A DNA stretch of 61,210 nt, from NCBI GenBank assembly GCA_947454005.1, contig CANGMH010000001.1, positions 1-61,210 on the forward strand, written 5' to 3'. The position numbers and the translations under genes are program-made. The notes beneath the pieces are model-generated. The model searched no databases. It saw nothing but the letters and a program-made list of their open reading frames with translations, and was not told where the DNA came from. Positions 8,085 through 17,556 of the stretch are shown here, piece by piece. Numbering within the stretch: position 1 is the stretch's first letter; each line of letters begins with the position of its first letter. This DNA is from Verrucomicrobiota bacterium. Its GTDB lineage: Bacteria; Verrucomicrobiota; Verrucomicrobiia; Limisphaerales; UBA9464.

Positions 8085-9050
8085 ATGGCTGTCGAGTTCA
8101 AAGACTACTACGCGACGCTGGGGGTCCCGCGCACCGCGACCGAGGAAGAGCTGAAGAAGGCCTTCCGCAACCTCGCGCGCCGGTACCATCCGGATGTCGC
8201 CAAGGACAAGAAGGGCGCCGAGGACAAGTTCAAGGAGATCAACGAAGCCTACGAGGTCCTGAGCCATCCCGAGAACCGGAAGAAGTACGACACGCTCGGC
8301 GCCGACTGGAAGCAGGGCGCCGGGTTCCAGCCTCCGCCGGGCGGACGGAGCCGACGGGGTCCGCAACCGGGCGGCGGTCCGGAGTTCGAATTCGGCGGCA
8401 CCGGTTTCAGCGACTTCTTCGAGCAGTTCTTCAGCCGCGGCGGCCAAGGGGCGGGCGGCTTCGCGACCGAGCACGGGCCCGGACACGGGTTCGCCCAACG
8501 CGGCCACGACGTGGAAGGCGACCTCGCCGTCTCGCTCGAAGAAGTGCTCCGCGGCACCATCCGCTCGGTGTCCCTCCGTTCGACCGATCCGGCGACCGGC
8601 GGACCGGTGACGCAGACCTTCAAGGTCCGGATCCCGGTGGGCGTCCAGGACGGTCAACGCATCCGCGTCGCGGGAAAGGGCGGCGCCGGGGCCGGTGGCG
8701 CGACGGCGGGCGACCTGATCCTCGGCGTGCGCTACAGCGCGCATCCGGAGTTCCGCGCGCGGGGCGCCGACCTGCTCAGCGATCTCGAGATCGCGCCGTG
8801 GGAAGCCGTGCTCGGGACGACGCTCGCCGTGCCGACGCTCGAAGGCTCGGTGACCTTGCGCGTGCCGGCCGGGACGCAGGTCGGCAGCCAGCTCCGCGTG
8901 CGCGGCCAAGGCCTGCCGAACGGCAACGAAGGCCGCGGCGACCTCTACGTCACCTTGGCCGTGAAGCTGCCGGTGACGGTGACCGACGAGGAACGCGCCC
9001 TGTGGGAGGCTTTGGCCAAGGGCTCGTCCTTCGACCCGCGGGCGGCGTGA
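8085..9050 (+). CDS. cbpA: DnaJ-class co-chaperone without zinc finger (CbpA-like curved-DNA-binding protein)
   Basis: The J-domain reads DYYATLGVPRTATEEELKKAFRNLARRYHPDV with the HPD motif. A G/F-rich linker follows, then a DnaJ C-terminal domain. There is no CxxCxGxG zinc finger, and the length is 321 aa. Confidence 0.75.
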   Translation: MAVEFKDYYATLGVPRTATEEELKKAFRNLARRYHPDVAKDKKGAEDKFKEINEAYEVLSHPENRKKYDTLGADWKQGAGFQPPPGGRSRRGPQPGGGPEFEFGGTGFSDFFEQFFSRGGQGAGGFATEHGPGHGFAQRGHDVEGDLAVSLEEVLRGTIRSVSLRSTDPATGGPVTQTFKVRIPVGVQDGQRIRVAGKGGAGAGGATAGDLILGVRYSAHPEFRARGADLLSDLEIAPWEAVLGTTLAVPTLEGSVTLRVPAGTQVGSQLRVRGQGLPNGNEGRGDLYVTLAVKLPVTVTDEERALWEALAKGSSFDPRAA

Positions 9051-9165
9051 GCCGACTGGACCGCGGCCGACCCGGCCGCACGTCCTCCGCCGCTAGAAAC
9101 CGGACGACAAACCGGCCCGCGGGCGGGGCGCCCGCGAGCCATCCACGTCCCGGGCCGGCGCCGGA

Positions 9166-12100
9166 TCACTTCTTCGCCGGCCCCTCGTGGCTGGTCGCGA
9201 GATACGCGAGCACCGCGGCGAGGTCCTTCTCGCCGAGCGATTCGAAGCCCGTGGGCATGATCGATTGGTTCGACGACTCGAGGCCCGCGATGTCGCGGCG
9301 CTGCACGACGTGCTTCTGGCCGGTGAGGTCGGTGAGCTCCACGCTGGTCTGCGTCTCGGCATCGAGACGGCCGGCATAGGTGTCGCCGGACTTGGTCGTG
9401 AGGTTCCAGAGCCGGTAGTTCGCCTCGACCGAACGGTTCGGGTCGAGCACCTCGATGAGGATGTCCGCCTTGGGCCGGGCACCGATGCCGGTGAGCTCGG
9501 GTCCGATGTTCGCGCCGGTGCCGCTGAACTTGTGGCAGACGGCGCAGTTCTTCGCGAACACGTCCTTTCCGACCGCCACATCCCCCTCGATCTTGGCGGC
9601 GGGCAGGAACTTCTTAACGACCTCCTCGCGGTCCGCCGAGATGGCTTGTCCGCCGTTGAGGAGCGCGGAGGCGCGCTGGCCGACCTTCGGGTCGCGGCTG
9701 GAACGGAGCTGTTGCCAGTTCTCCGGTCCGAGGTCGTTGCGGAGCACCGCGCCGGACGCGACGGCATCCAGCAACGTGGCGGACCACTCCGGCCGGCGCA
9801 GCAACGTGCCGAGCGCGGCGCGCTTCTGGCCGGGCGAGAGGCGCGTCCAGGCCGCGATGATCTCGGCGCCGGCCGCGGGCAGCTTGCTCTCGGAGAGAGC
9901 GCCGAGAAGGCCGCCGCCGAACATCGGCGCGGCCTGCGGCGAGACGTGCGCGAGCACGGACCTCACCGTGTCGGAGGTGTCGGCGATGCGGACGAGGTTC
10001 CGGGCGGCGGTGAGACGGTCGGCATCGGTCGCGGCGGTGTCCGCGAGTTGCGCGCGCAGGCTCTTGACCGAGACGGCGACCTGGTCGGCGAAGAGGTCGA
10101 GGGATCCCCATCGCTGCGCGACGACCAGCAACTTGTCGCGAGCGGCGGGCGCGATGGACTTCATCGTCCGGCCGAGCTGCGACCGGTCGTCGTCGCTCAA
10201 CGACGGCTTGCGGCCGTCCGGCCAACCGGCGGCGATGCCGTCCAGCAGCGCGGAGGTCGTCGCGGCGGGGGCGTCCGCGAAGGCGCCGATCACGCCGGCG
10301 ACGTCGTCGGGACCGGGGCTGGCATAGTGGCGGGCCACGATGCGGATGACCTCCGAGACGGAGGGCGGGAAGATGTCGCCGGCCCCGAGCAGCGCACGGC
10401 CGAAACCGAGGTTGTGGCGCACGGCGGCGGCGGTCGCGGCCTCGCGGAGCCAGCGGTCGTCGGCGTTGCTCCGGTCCTTCAGGGCCGTGGCCACCGCGGC
10501 GCCGACCGGCTCGCTCTCGGGCGATTCGGCCAATGCCAGGAAGGTCGCCAAACGGACCTGGGCATCGCTGTCGGCGAGCATCCCTTTCTCGACGAGGGCG
10601 TCGGCGGTCGTCCCGGTGCGCGGGAGGACGCCGACGGCGGCGCGGCGGACGGCGGCGCTCGGATGCTTCAGCGCGGCGACCGCTTCGTCGCCGACGGCGC
10701 CGAGGCCGTGCAACGTCCAGAGCGCATGGACGGCCCCGACGTTCAGGCCGAGCTCGTCCATCGACCTGTCCTGCACCAGCGCGACGAGCGCGGGCACGAC
10801 GTCCTTCTGTCCGCGGCCGACGAGCAGGCGCTGCGCGTGGAAGCGCCAGAGCTGGTTGTCGTTCTTCAACGCGGCGACGAGGTCGGCCGGCGCCGCCTTG
10901 GCGAGGACCGGCGCCTTCGTGGGCGTGCCGGTGGCCGAGGCGACGCGGTAGATCCGGCCGTGCCGCTTGTCGCGGAGCTTCGTCTCGTAGGCGTTCCCCT
11001 TTCCGTTCTTGAAGCCCTGCGGCACGGGGTTGTGCTGCACGATGTAGTTGTACCAGTCGATCACCCACACCGCGCCGTCCGGGCCGACCTCGGCGACGAT
11101 CGGCGCGCTCCATTCGTCGTCGCTCGCGAGGAAGCTGCCGAGGTTGACCGCCTTGAAATCCGCTCCTGCGGCGTCGAGGCGGAAGTGGCCGATGAGATGG
11201 CCGGTGGGTTCCGTCACGAAGGAGACCTTGTTCCAGTACTCCTTGGGGAAGGCCCGGGCGGTGTAGAGCGCGTGGCCGGCCCCGGCCGTGTACATGCCGT
11301 GCTGGTCCACCTGCCGCACCTTCTCGGTGACCGGATAGATCGCCTGCGAATCGGCGATGCTCTCCATCCGCGCCGCGCTCCAGCCGGAGACGGCCTCGTA
11401 GAAGCGGTTCGGCACCGCCATGTACCAGCTCGCGTTGCGGTTCGCCGTGGAGCCGAAGACGGTGCCGTCCTCGCTCAGGCCGAGACCCCAGGTGTTGTTG
11501 TTGCTGGAGCGGAGGAACTCGAGGGCGCTGCCGTCGGGCTTGAAACGGTAGACGCCCATGCCGAACTCGACGTGCTTGCCGCCGACCTCGCCCTTGAAAC
11601 CGCTGTAGCCGACGGTGCCGTAGATCCAGTTGTCGAACCCGTGGCGCAGGTTGCTCGCCGTCGCGTGCGTGTCGCCCATGCCCCAGCCGGTGAAGAGCAC
11701 CTTGCGCACGTCGGCCTTGTCGTCGCCGTCCGTGTCCTGGAGGAAGAGCGTGTGCCCGCCCTCGATGACGACGAGGCCGCCGCCCGCGAAGCACAGGGAG
11801 GTGGGGATGCTCAGCTTCTCGGCGAAGATGGTGAACTTGTCGGCCTTGCCGTCGCCGTCGGTGTCCTCGCAGATCTTGATCCGGTCGCGTCCCTGTCCTT
11901 CCGGCTGCTGCTCGTTCGGGTAATCGACCGTCTCGGCGATCCAGAGACGTCCGCGCTCGTCCCACGCGAGGGCGATGGGCTTGGTGATGTCCGGATCGGC
12001 GGCCCAGAGCTGCGAGGTGAAACCTGGCTGGGCGACGATGCGCCGGGCGGAATCCCCGGGCGACAACGGCGCCTGCATCGTGGTGATGGCGTCGGTCTGC

Positions 12101-12282
12101 GTGCCCCACTTCGCGCCGGCGACGTAGTTCGGCAAGGGATCGGGCGACGGGACGTAGGAGAACGGCTTCGGGCCGGGCTTGGCCGCGAGCGGATGGATGT
12201 CGCCACCATCGGCGAGGACCGGATCGGCGCCGGCGGTCGCGGCGGCGAGGACGATGGCGAGGAGATAGGAGCGTTGCTTCAT
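9166..12282 (-). CDS. PVC-type heme-binding CxxCH protein (membrane-bound-dehydrogenase-like propeller + HEAT repeats + C-terminal cytochrome c)
   Basis: The real start is ATG 12282 (MKQRSYLLAIVLAAATAGA signal peptide). The N-terminal region is dehydrogenase/propeller-like, and the central HEAT-like repeats include AAVRRAAVGVL. A single CAVCH heme motif sits near the C-terminus (KNCAVCHKFSGTG). Confidence 0.8.
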   Translation of the reverse strand: MKQRSYLLAIVLAAATAGADPVLADGGDIHPLAAKPGPKPFSYVPSPDPLPNYVAGAKWGTQTDAITTMQAPLSPGDSARRIVAQPGFTSQLWAADPDITKPIALAWDERGRLWIAETVDYPNEQQPEGQGRDRIKICEDTDGDGKADKFTIFAEKLSIPTSLCFAGGGLVVIEGGHTLFLQDTDGDDKADVRKVLFTGWGMGDTHATASNLRHGFDNWIYGTVGYSGFKGEVGGKHVEFGMGVYRFKPDGSALEFLRSSNNNTWGLGLSEDGTVFGSTANRNASWYMAVPNRFYEAVSGWSAARMESIADSQAIYPVTEKVRQVDQHGMYTAGAGHALYTARAFPKEYWNKVSFVTEPTGHLIGHFRLDAAGADFKAVNLGSFLASDDEWSAPIVAEVGPDGAVWVIDWYNYIVQHNPVPQGFKNGKGNAYETKLRDKRHGRIYRVASATGTPTKAPVLAKAAPADLVAALKNDNQLWRFHAQRLLVGRGQKDVVPALVALVQDRSMDELGLNVGAVHALWTLHGLGAVGDEAVAALKHPSAAVRRAAVGVLPRTGTTADALVEKGMLADSDAQVRLATFLALAESPESEPVGAAVATALKDRSNADDRWLREAATAAAVRHNLGFGRALLGAGDIFPPSVSEVIRIVARHYASPGPDDVAGVIGAFADAPAATTSALLDGIAAGWPDGRKPSLSDDDRSQLGRTMKSIAPAARDKLLVVAQRWGSLDLFADQVAVSVKSLRAQLADTAATDADRLTAARNLVRIADTSDTVRSVLAHVSPQAAPMFGGGLLGALSESKLPAAGAEIIAAWTRLSPGQKRAALGTLLRRPEWSATLLDAVASGAVLRNDLGPENWQQLRSSRDPKVGQRASALLNGGQAISADREEVVKKFLPAAKIEGDVAVGKDVFAKNCAVCHKFSGTGANIGPELTGIGARPKADILIEVLDPNRSVEANYRLWNLTTKSGDTYAGRLDAETQTSVELTDLTGQKHVVQRRDIAGLESSNQSIMPTGFESLGEKDLAAVLAYLATSHEGPAKK

Positions 12283-12369
12283 GGCGGGACGGGACGATGA
12301 CGGTGGAACGTCGGAAAAGCTACCGGCACCCGGGACGGAGACCATGAGGCTTTGCGCGAATCGCATGAG

Positions 12370-13620
12370 CTATTTGCCCGTGCCGAGCGCGGCCTTCGCC
12401 TTGTCCAGGTCGAGCTCTCCTTCCCACTTCGCGATGACCATGGTGGCGACGGCGTTGCCGGCGAGGTTGGTGAGCGCGCGGGCCTCGGACATGAAGCGGT
12501 CCACGCCGATGAGCAACGCGAGCCCGGCGACGGGCAGCGAATGCGTCGCCGCCAAGGTGGCCGCCAGCGTCACGAACCCGCCGCCGGTGACGGCCGCCGC
12601 CCCCTTCGACGTCAGCAGCAGCACCGCGAGGATGCCGAGCTGCTGCGCCAACGAGAGGGGCGTGTCCGTCGCCTGCGCGATGAAGACCGCGGCCATCGTC
12701 AGGTAGATGCTCGTGCCGTCGAGGTTGAACGAGTAGCCTGCCGGCACGACGAGCCCGACGACCGGTTTCGCGCAGCCGAGGCGCTCGAGCTTCTCCATCA
12801 GGCTCGGCAGGGCCGATTCCGACGACGACGTGCCGAGCACGAGCAGGAACTCCTCGCGCAGATACCGCAGCAGAGGCCAGATCCGCAGGCCGTTCGCCCG
12901 CATCACGAGACCGAGGCCGACGAGGACGAAGAGGGCGCACGTGACGTAGACGCAGGCCATCAGCTTCGCGAGCGAGAGCAACGTACCGACGCCGTATCTT
13001 CCGATGGTGAAGGCCATCGCTCCGAACGCCGCGAACGGGGCCGCCTTCATCACCAGCGCCACGATGCCCATGACGGCATCGCCGACCGTGTGGACGAGCT
13101 CGAGCACGGGCTTTCCGCGCGGACCGAGCCGGCCCACCGCGACGCCGAAGAGGACCGCCAGCAGCAGCACCGGGAGCAGTTCACCCGAGGTGAACGCGCC
13201 CACGAACGTGTCGGGGATCGCGCCGAGGACGAACTCCGTCGCGGTGAGATGCCTGGCCGTCGCCGCGAAGCCCTGGACAGCGACGGCGTCCAGTTTCGCC
13301 GGGTCGGCGTGGATGCCGTCGCCCGGACGGACCACGTTCACCACGAGCATCCCGAGCGCGAGCGCCACGGTGGTGACCGCCTCGAAGTAGACCAGCGACT
13401 TCAGCCCCACGCGCCCGACCTTGCGAAGATCGCCGACGCTCCCGATCCCGGTGACCAGCGTGGTGAAGACCAGCGGCGCGATGACGAGCTTGATGAGCTT
13501 GACGAAGGCGTCGCCCAGCGGCTTGAGCTGGACCGCGGCCGCCGGCGCGAGGTGTCCGAGCAGGGCGCCGGCCACGATGGCGACCAGGACCTGGGCGTAG
13601 AGGTTGCGGAGGAAGCGCAT
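12370..13620 (-). CDS. dctA: C4-dicarboxylate transporter DctA (dicarboxylate/amino acid:cation symporter)
   Basis: 416 aa and near-collinear with E. coli DctA as I remember it: LYAQVLVAIVAGALLGH..KPLGDAFVKLIKLVIAPLVF, GTSSSESALP, GYSFNLDGTSIYLTMAAVFIAQA, IGVDRFMSEARALTNL. Confidence 0.9.
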   Translation of the reverse strand: MRFLRNLYAQVLVAIVAGALLGHLAPAAAVQLKPLGDAFVKLIKLVIAPLVFTTLVTGIGSVGDLRKVGRVGLKSLVYFEAVTTVALALGMLVVNVVRPGDGIHADPAKLDAVAVQGFAATARHLTATEFVLGAIPDTFVGAFTSGELLPVLLLAVLFGVAVGRLGPRGKPVLELVHTVGDAVMGIVALVMKAAPFAAFGAMAFTIGRYGVGTLLSLAKLMACVYVTCALFVLVGLGLVMRANGLRIWPLLRYLREEFLLVLGTSSSESALPSLMEKLERLGCAKPVVGLVVPAGYSFNLDGTSIYLTMAAVFIAQATDTPLSLAQQLGILAVLLLTSKGAAAVTGGGFVTLAATLAATHSLPVAGLALLIGVDRFMSEARALTNLAGNAVATMVIAKWEGELDLDKAKAALGTGK

Positions 13621-13650
13621 GGGTTCTCGGCGGCGTTCCCCGCTGCTGGA

Positions 13651-15255
13651 TCAGCGGTCCACGCGCCTCCCGCGGCGGAACGCGGCCCGGCGGTCGGAGA
13701 GGGCCTTGTTCTCGGCATCGGTCCGGCTGAACAGGAACCGGCGGGTGACCGGGGCTGTCTGTATGACCCGCGCCCGCGGCGCCGCGGCGGCGGCCTTCTT
13801 CGTCTCCACCTTGTCCTCGCTGAACAGGAGGCGGGTCTTCGGCGGCTGGATGAACGAGATGAACATCGCGTCCGTCTTGACCGTCTCCGGGGTGATCGCC
13901 TCCAGCTTCCGGTACTCGACGGTCAGCCGCTCCAACGCACCAAGGAAGAACCACAACAAGGCGCCGCCGGGGATCGCCAAGAACGGCGAACCGGTGGGCA
14001 TGATGATCACCGCGATGATGAACATGGCGCCCGCCGGGACCCCGACGATGGTCAGCGGCGTGTCGCGCAGCTGCTTCATGTTGCGGTACGCATCGAGGGC
14101 GCCGGCGATGAGCAGCCAAAGGAACACCCCGATCCCGATGATGCCCATGTCGACGCCCAGACGGCCGATGTCGCCGTCGACGCCTCTGAACCGGAAACCG
14201 CCCAGCTGGTTGATGAGCGCGAAGGGGACGCCATGCCCGGACATGCCCAATCCCCCTCCGAAAGGATTATCGATGAGGGCGCTCATCATCGGGTAGAAGA
14301 CGATGTAGAGGCGGCCGTACAACTCTTCGGGATTGATCAAGCCGCTGAAGCGGTTGAGGGAATCGCCCCCGGTGTAGATCGAGCCGGCCTTGAAAGCGAA
14401 GAAGGCGACCGCGGGCGCGAGGATGTATTGGAGGATGTTCCGCCGGTACCAAGCCGTCAGGATGAACCCCATCGCCATCATGATCATCGAGGTCCGGGAT
14501 CCGCTCAGGATGATCCCGTACGCCATCGGCGCGGCACATGCCAGGAGGATGATGCGCTCCTTCCAGGAGTTGCCGGCGACGGAGAACCGGGAGACGGCGA
14601 ACATCACGGTGTAGGCCATCGTGCCTCCGAAGGCCGCCGCCGAGACGAAGGTGGAGAACGCCCGCAACCGGGCCTCGCCCTTGCTGTTCGAGTAGAACGT
14701 GTTGAAGAACTTCGCCGCGAACTCCGCGTCCTCGGCCATCCGGCGGCGGATCTCCTCAGGAGTCTGCATCGCACCATAGATCCCGGTGAGCGCACCGAGG
14801 ATGATGATGATCCAGAAGTACACCTCGACCTGCCTCACGCTCCGGACGAGATGGTACCCCAGCAGGAAGGTGAGCGGGATGAAGCACCATCCGCGGAAAG
14901 CCGACAAGATGGCCACCCACGGGACACCGAACGGCAGCACCATGTAGAACACCGCCAACGCCAAGAAGGTCTTGAGAGCGTTGCCCATCCGGCCCGCGGG
15001 GATCCACGGATCCATCCTCGGAACCTGCGAGAGGGTCACGGCCAGCGAGAGCAGCAACGGGATGTCGAACGCGAAGGTCGTCAACACGCCGCGGAACTTG
15101 AGCTTCAACCAACCGTGGAAGAACCCGATCAACAGCATCGAGACGAACAGCAGGTTACCGAGATGGTTGTGTGCGAAGAGGGAGACGAACCTGCTCCACG
15201 AGGAGCTCTTGGTGTCGCGCGACGCCGGGGCGCCGATGGCTGCGGCCGTGTTCAT
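13651..15255 (-). CDS. O-antigen ligase / Wzy_C-family polytopic membrane protein
   Basis: The real start is ATG 15255 (MNTAAAIG...), inside the 903-aa ORF, giving 534 aa. It has about 10-12 TM segments plus Wzy_C-like ILSGSRTSMIMMAMGF and NPFGGGLGMSGHG. The start overlaps the stop of the upstream GT4 gene (ATGA, 15252-15255). Confidence 0.7.
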   Translation of the reverse strand: MNTAAAIGAPASRDTKSSSWSRFVSLFAHNHLGNLLFVSMLLIGFFHGWLKLKFRGVLTTFAFDIPLLLSLAVTLSQVPRMDPWIPAGRMGNALKTFLALAVFYMVLPFGVPWVAILSAFRGWCFIPLTFLLGYHLVRSVRQVEVYFWIIIILGALTGIYGAMQTPEEIRRRMAEDAEFAAKFFNTFYSNSKGEARLRAFSTFVSAAAFGGTMAYTVMFAVSRFSVAGNSWKERIILLACAAPMAYGIILSGSRTSMIMMAMGFILTAWYRRNILQYILAPAVAFFAFKAGSIYTGGDSLNRFSGLINPEELYGRLYIVFYPMMSALIDNPFGGGLGMSGHGVPFALINQLGGFRFRGVDGDIGRLGVDMGIIGIGVFLWLLIAGALDAYRNMKQLRDTPLTIVGVPAGAMFIIAVIIMPTGSPFLAIPGGALLWFFLGALERLTVEYRKLEAITPETVKTDAMFISFIQPPKTRLLFSEDKVETKKAAAAAPRARVIQTAPVTRRFLFSRTDAENKALSDRRAAFRRGRRVDR

Positions 15256-16421
15256 CGGGACGTCCTCCGGGCCTCGGCGGCCTGCACCAAGCGGAGATAG
15301 ATCGACTCCGTCCGCCGCGTGTGCTCCTCGATGGTGAACATCGCGCGCACCCGCGACCGCGCGGCGGCACCGAACCGCGCCCGTTTCTCCGGGTCGCCCA
15401 AGGCATCCGCCAGCGCGGCATCCAGCGCGCGCTGGTCGCCCACCGGCGCCAGCCAGCCGGTCTCGCCGGGCACGATGATGGCGGCCGGCCCGACCGCCGC
15501 GAACGCGACGACCGGCACGCCGAGCATGTTCGCTTCCGCGAGCACGAGCCCGAAATCTTCGAGCAGGGCCGTGTGCAGCAGCACCGCGGCGCCCGCTTGG
15601 AACCCGGCCACGTCCTCGTCGGGGATGAAACCGGTGAAGGTCACGCGGTCGGCGATCCCCAGGTCCTTCGCCTGCCGCCGCAGCTCCTCCGCGTAGTCCT
15701 CCTCCATCCCGAACAACGCCGCGCCGACGACCACGCCCTGGATGTCGTGCGTCTTCGCCGCGGCGGCGATGGCGCGGAGGAAATGCGGCTGTCCTTTGTG
15801 CCGCTGCAACCGCGCGCACATCGCCACCCAAGGACGCGAGGCCGGGATCCCGTAGCGGGCGGCCAGGACATCCCGCGACGTGTGGCGCGCGAGCCGGGCC
15901 TCGTTGACGCCGGGCCAGACCACCTCGCTCTGCCAGCCGCGGGGCCGGAAATGGTCGGCCGTCGCCGTGCAGTTGGCGATGACCTGGTCCGCCGGCAGCG
16001 ACAACAGCGCGCGGGTGAACAGCCCGGGCGGCTCCGGGCTGTGGACGGTCACGACGTTCGGGACGCCCGTGAGACACCGGGCGAGGCCGCCGTAGGCATG
16101 GGCGCGGAACCCGTTGCAGTGGTACAGACGAAGGTCGTGCTCGCGCGTCAGCCTGCAGATCGAGCGCACCGCGCCGGCGACCCCGAGAAGGTCGCGCATG
16201 CGGTGCTTCCGCAGCACGTGCGTCGTGACGCCCATCTCCGTCAGCTCTTTCTCCAACGGCCCCGGTCGCAGCTGGATGACGACCGGCTCGAACCGGCTGC
16301 GGTCCATCACGCGGAACGTCTGCAGCATCGTGACCTCGGCGCCGCCTTTCTCGCCGACGCACGAGATCCAGGCCACGCGTGCCGGCGCGCTCACGGGCGT
16401 CCCTCCCGGCCCGGAAGCCAT
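15252..16421 (-). CDS. glycosyltransferase family 4
   Basis: This is the C-terminal part of the 651-aa ORF. The start is ATG 16421 (MASGPGG..) or GTG 16394, the latter forming a GTGA overlap with the upstream GT9 stop. The GT4 signature is EDFGLVLAEANMLGVPVVAFAAVGPAAIIVPGETGWL. Confidence 0.85.
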   Translation of the reverse strand: MASGPGGTPVSAPARVAWISCVGEKGGAEVTMLQTFRVMDRSRFEPVVIQLRPGPLEKELTEMGVTTHVLRKHRMRDLLGVAGAVRSICRLTREHDLRLYHCNGFRAHAYGGLARCLTGVPNVVTVHSPEPPGLFTRALLSLPADQVIANCTATADHFRPRGWQSEVVWPGVNEARLARHTSRDVLAARYGIPASRPWVAMCARLQRHKGQPHFLRAIAAAAKTHDIQGVVVGAALFGMEEDYAEELRRQAKDLGIADRVTFTGFIPDEDVAGFQAGAAVLLHTALLEDFGLVLAEANMLGVPVVAFAAVGPAAIIVPGETGWLAPVGDQRALDAALADALGDPEKRARFGAAARSRVRAMFTIEEHTRRTESIYLRLVQAAEARRTSR

Positions 16422-17485
16422 GCCCCGACGGCGTCGACCACCCGCTCCGGCGCGATCAACTCCATGCAGTCCTTCACCGGGCAGCGGTCGTCGAACCGCG
16501 GCTTGTAGCAGGCCTGGCACGGCAGCCCGGGTTCGAGCCGGACACCGCGGCCGTAGAGGTGGAACTCGTGCCCGTTGAAGATGTTGTTGAACAACACCAC
16601 CGGCTTCTCGAGCGCGATCGCGACGTGCATCGCCATGGTGACCGCGGTGACCACGACATCGGTCGTCTCCACCAGCCCGAAGAACTCCTTCGGCGGAAGC
16701 ACGCCCTCGTACCGGGCACCGGTCCCGGCGGCGAGCGCCCGGTTCCGCCCGTCCTCGGCGGGGCCTCCGAGGAGGAGCGGATGCCAGCCCTTCGCCTGGA
16801 TCGCCCGGATCAACGCCGCCCAATGGACATCGGGCCACAGGCGCGTGCGCCAGACATCGCTCGCCCCGGTGTTCAATCCGACGAGGGGCGCGCCGGCAGG
16901 CTTGGCGAAGTTCCGCGGGAAGCCCTCCAAGATGTACTTCTCGTCCTGCCACTCCCAGCCGCACAGCTCGAACATCTCGCGCACGTAGTGCTTGGTGTTC
17001 GCCTTCATCCGGTCGTCGAGCACGCCGGTGGTCCACTTGGCCTCGGCGCGCGCGTCGAGGGGCACGATCCTCCCGCTGCGGTTCAGCCCGAAGCCGCGCT
17101 TCTCCCGCGCGCTGATCCTCCCGGCCAGCGCACAGACCTCGAAGTCCTTGTCCAGGCTCAGGAGCAGGTCGAAGTCCTCGGCCAGGAGCCGCAACGAGGT
17201 CTCCCACGAGTGCTTCAGGACGCGGTCCACATGGGCCGTCGGCACGAAATCAGGGAACGAGGTCACCCAGGTGATCTCGGCCCGCGGATGCAGCGCCCGG
17301 ATCCTCCGCAGGAGCGGCGTGCAGCGCAGCACCTCGCCGGCGAGCCCCACCTTGAGGACGAGGATCCGCAGGTCCGCCCTGCGATAGCTGGAGCAGCCGT
17401 CGCAATGGACCCCTGTCTCCTTGTGGGGGCGGCACGGCTTGTAGCCGTTGAAATGGAGACAGTCGTCGTGGATGCCTGCGGTCAT
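16391..17485 (-). CDS. glycosyltransferase family 9 (heptosyltransferase-like) with Cys-rich N-terminus
   Basis: The real start is ATG 17485 (MTAGIHDDCLHFNGYKPCRPHKETGVHCDGCSSY). The GT9 pattern is RILVLKVGLAGEVLRCTPLLRRIRALHPRAEITWV and later LLLGGPAEDGRN ... VVTAVTMAMHVAIAL. Confidence 0.8.
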   Translation of the reverse strand: MTAGIHDDCLHFNGYKPCRPHKETGVHCDGCSSYRRADLRILVLKVGLAGEVLRCTPLLRRIRALHPRAEITWVTSFPDFVPTAHVDRVLKHSWETSLRLLAEDFDLLLSLDKDFEVCALAGRISAREKRGFGLNRSGRIVPLDARAEAKWTTGVLDDRMKANTKHYVREMFELCGWEWQDEKYILEGFPRNFAKPAGAPLVGLNTGASDVWRTRLWPDVHWAALIRAIQAKGWHPLLLGGPAEDGRNRALAAGTGARYEGVLPPKEFFGLVETTDVVVTAVTMAMHVAIALEKPVVLFNNIFNGHEFHLYGRGVRLEPGLPCQACYKPRFDDRCPVKDCMELIAPERVVDAVGAWLPGREGRP

Positions 17486-17556
17486 CGTTCGGACCCGGAG
17501 TAAACCGGTCGGCGCCTCGGCAAGCAAGCTGGCCCGTCGCGCGGCGTCCTCCGTGC

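Noticed and set aside
9187-15300. Plus-strand ORFs 9187..12300 (1037 aa) and 12352..15300 (982 aa).
   Set aside because: They are antisense to the heme-binding giant gene, dctA (near-collinear with E. coli DctA) and the O-antigen-ligase-like gene. The translations are low-complexity.
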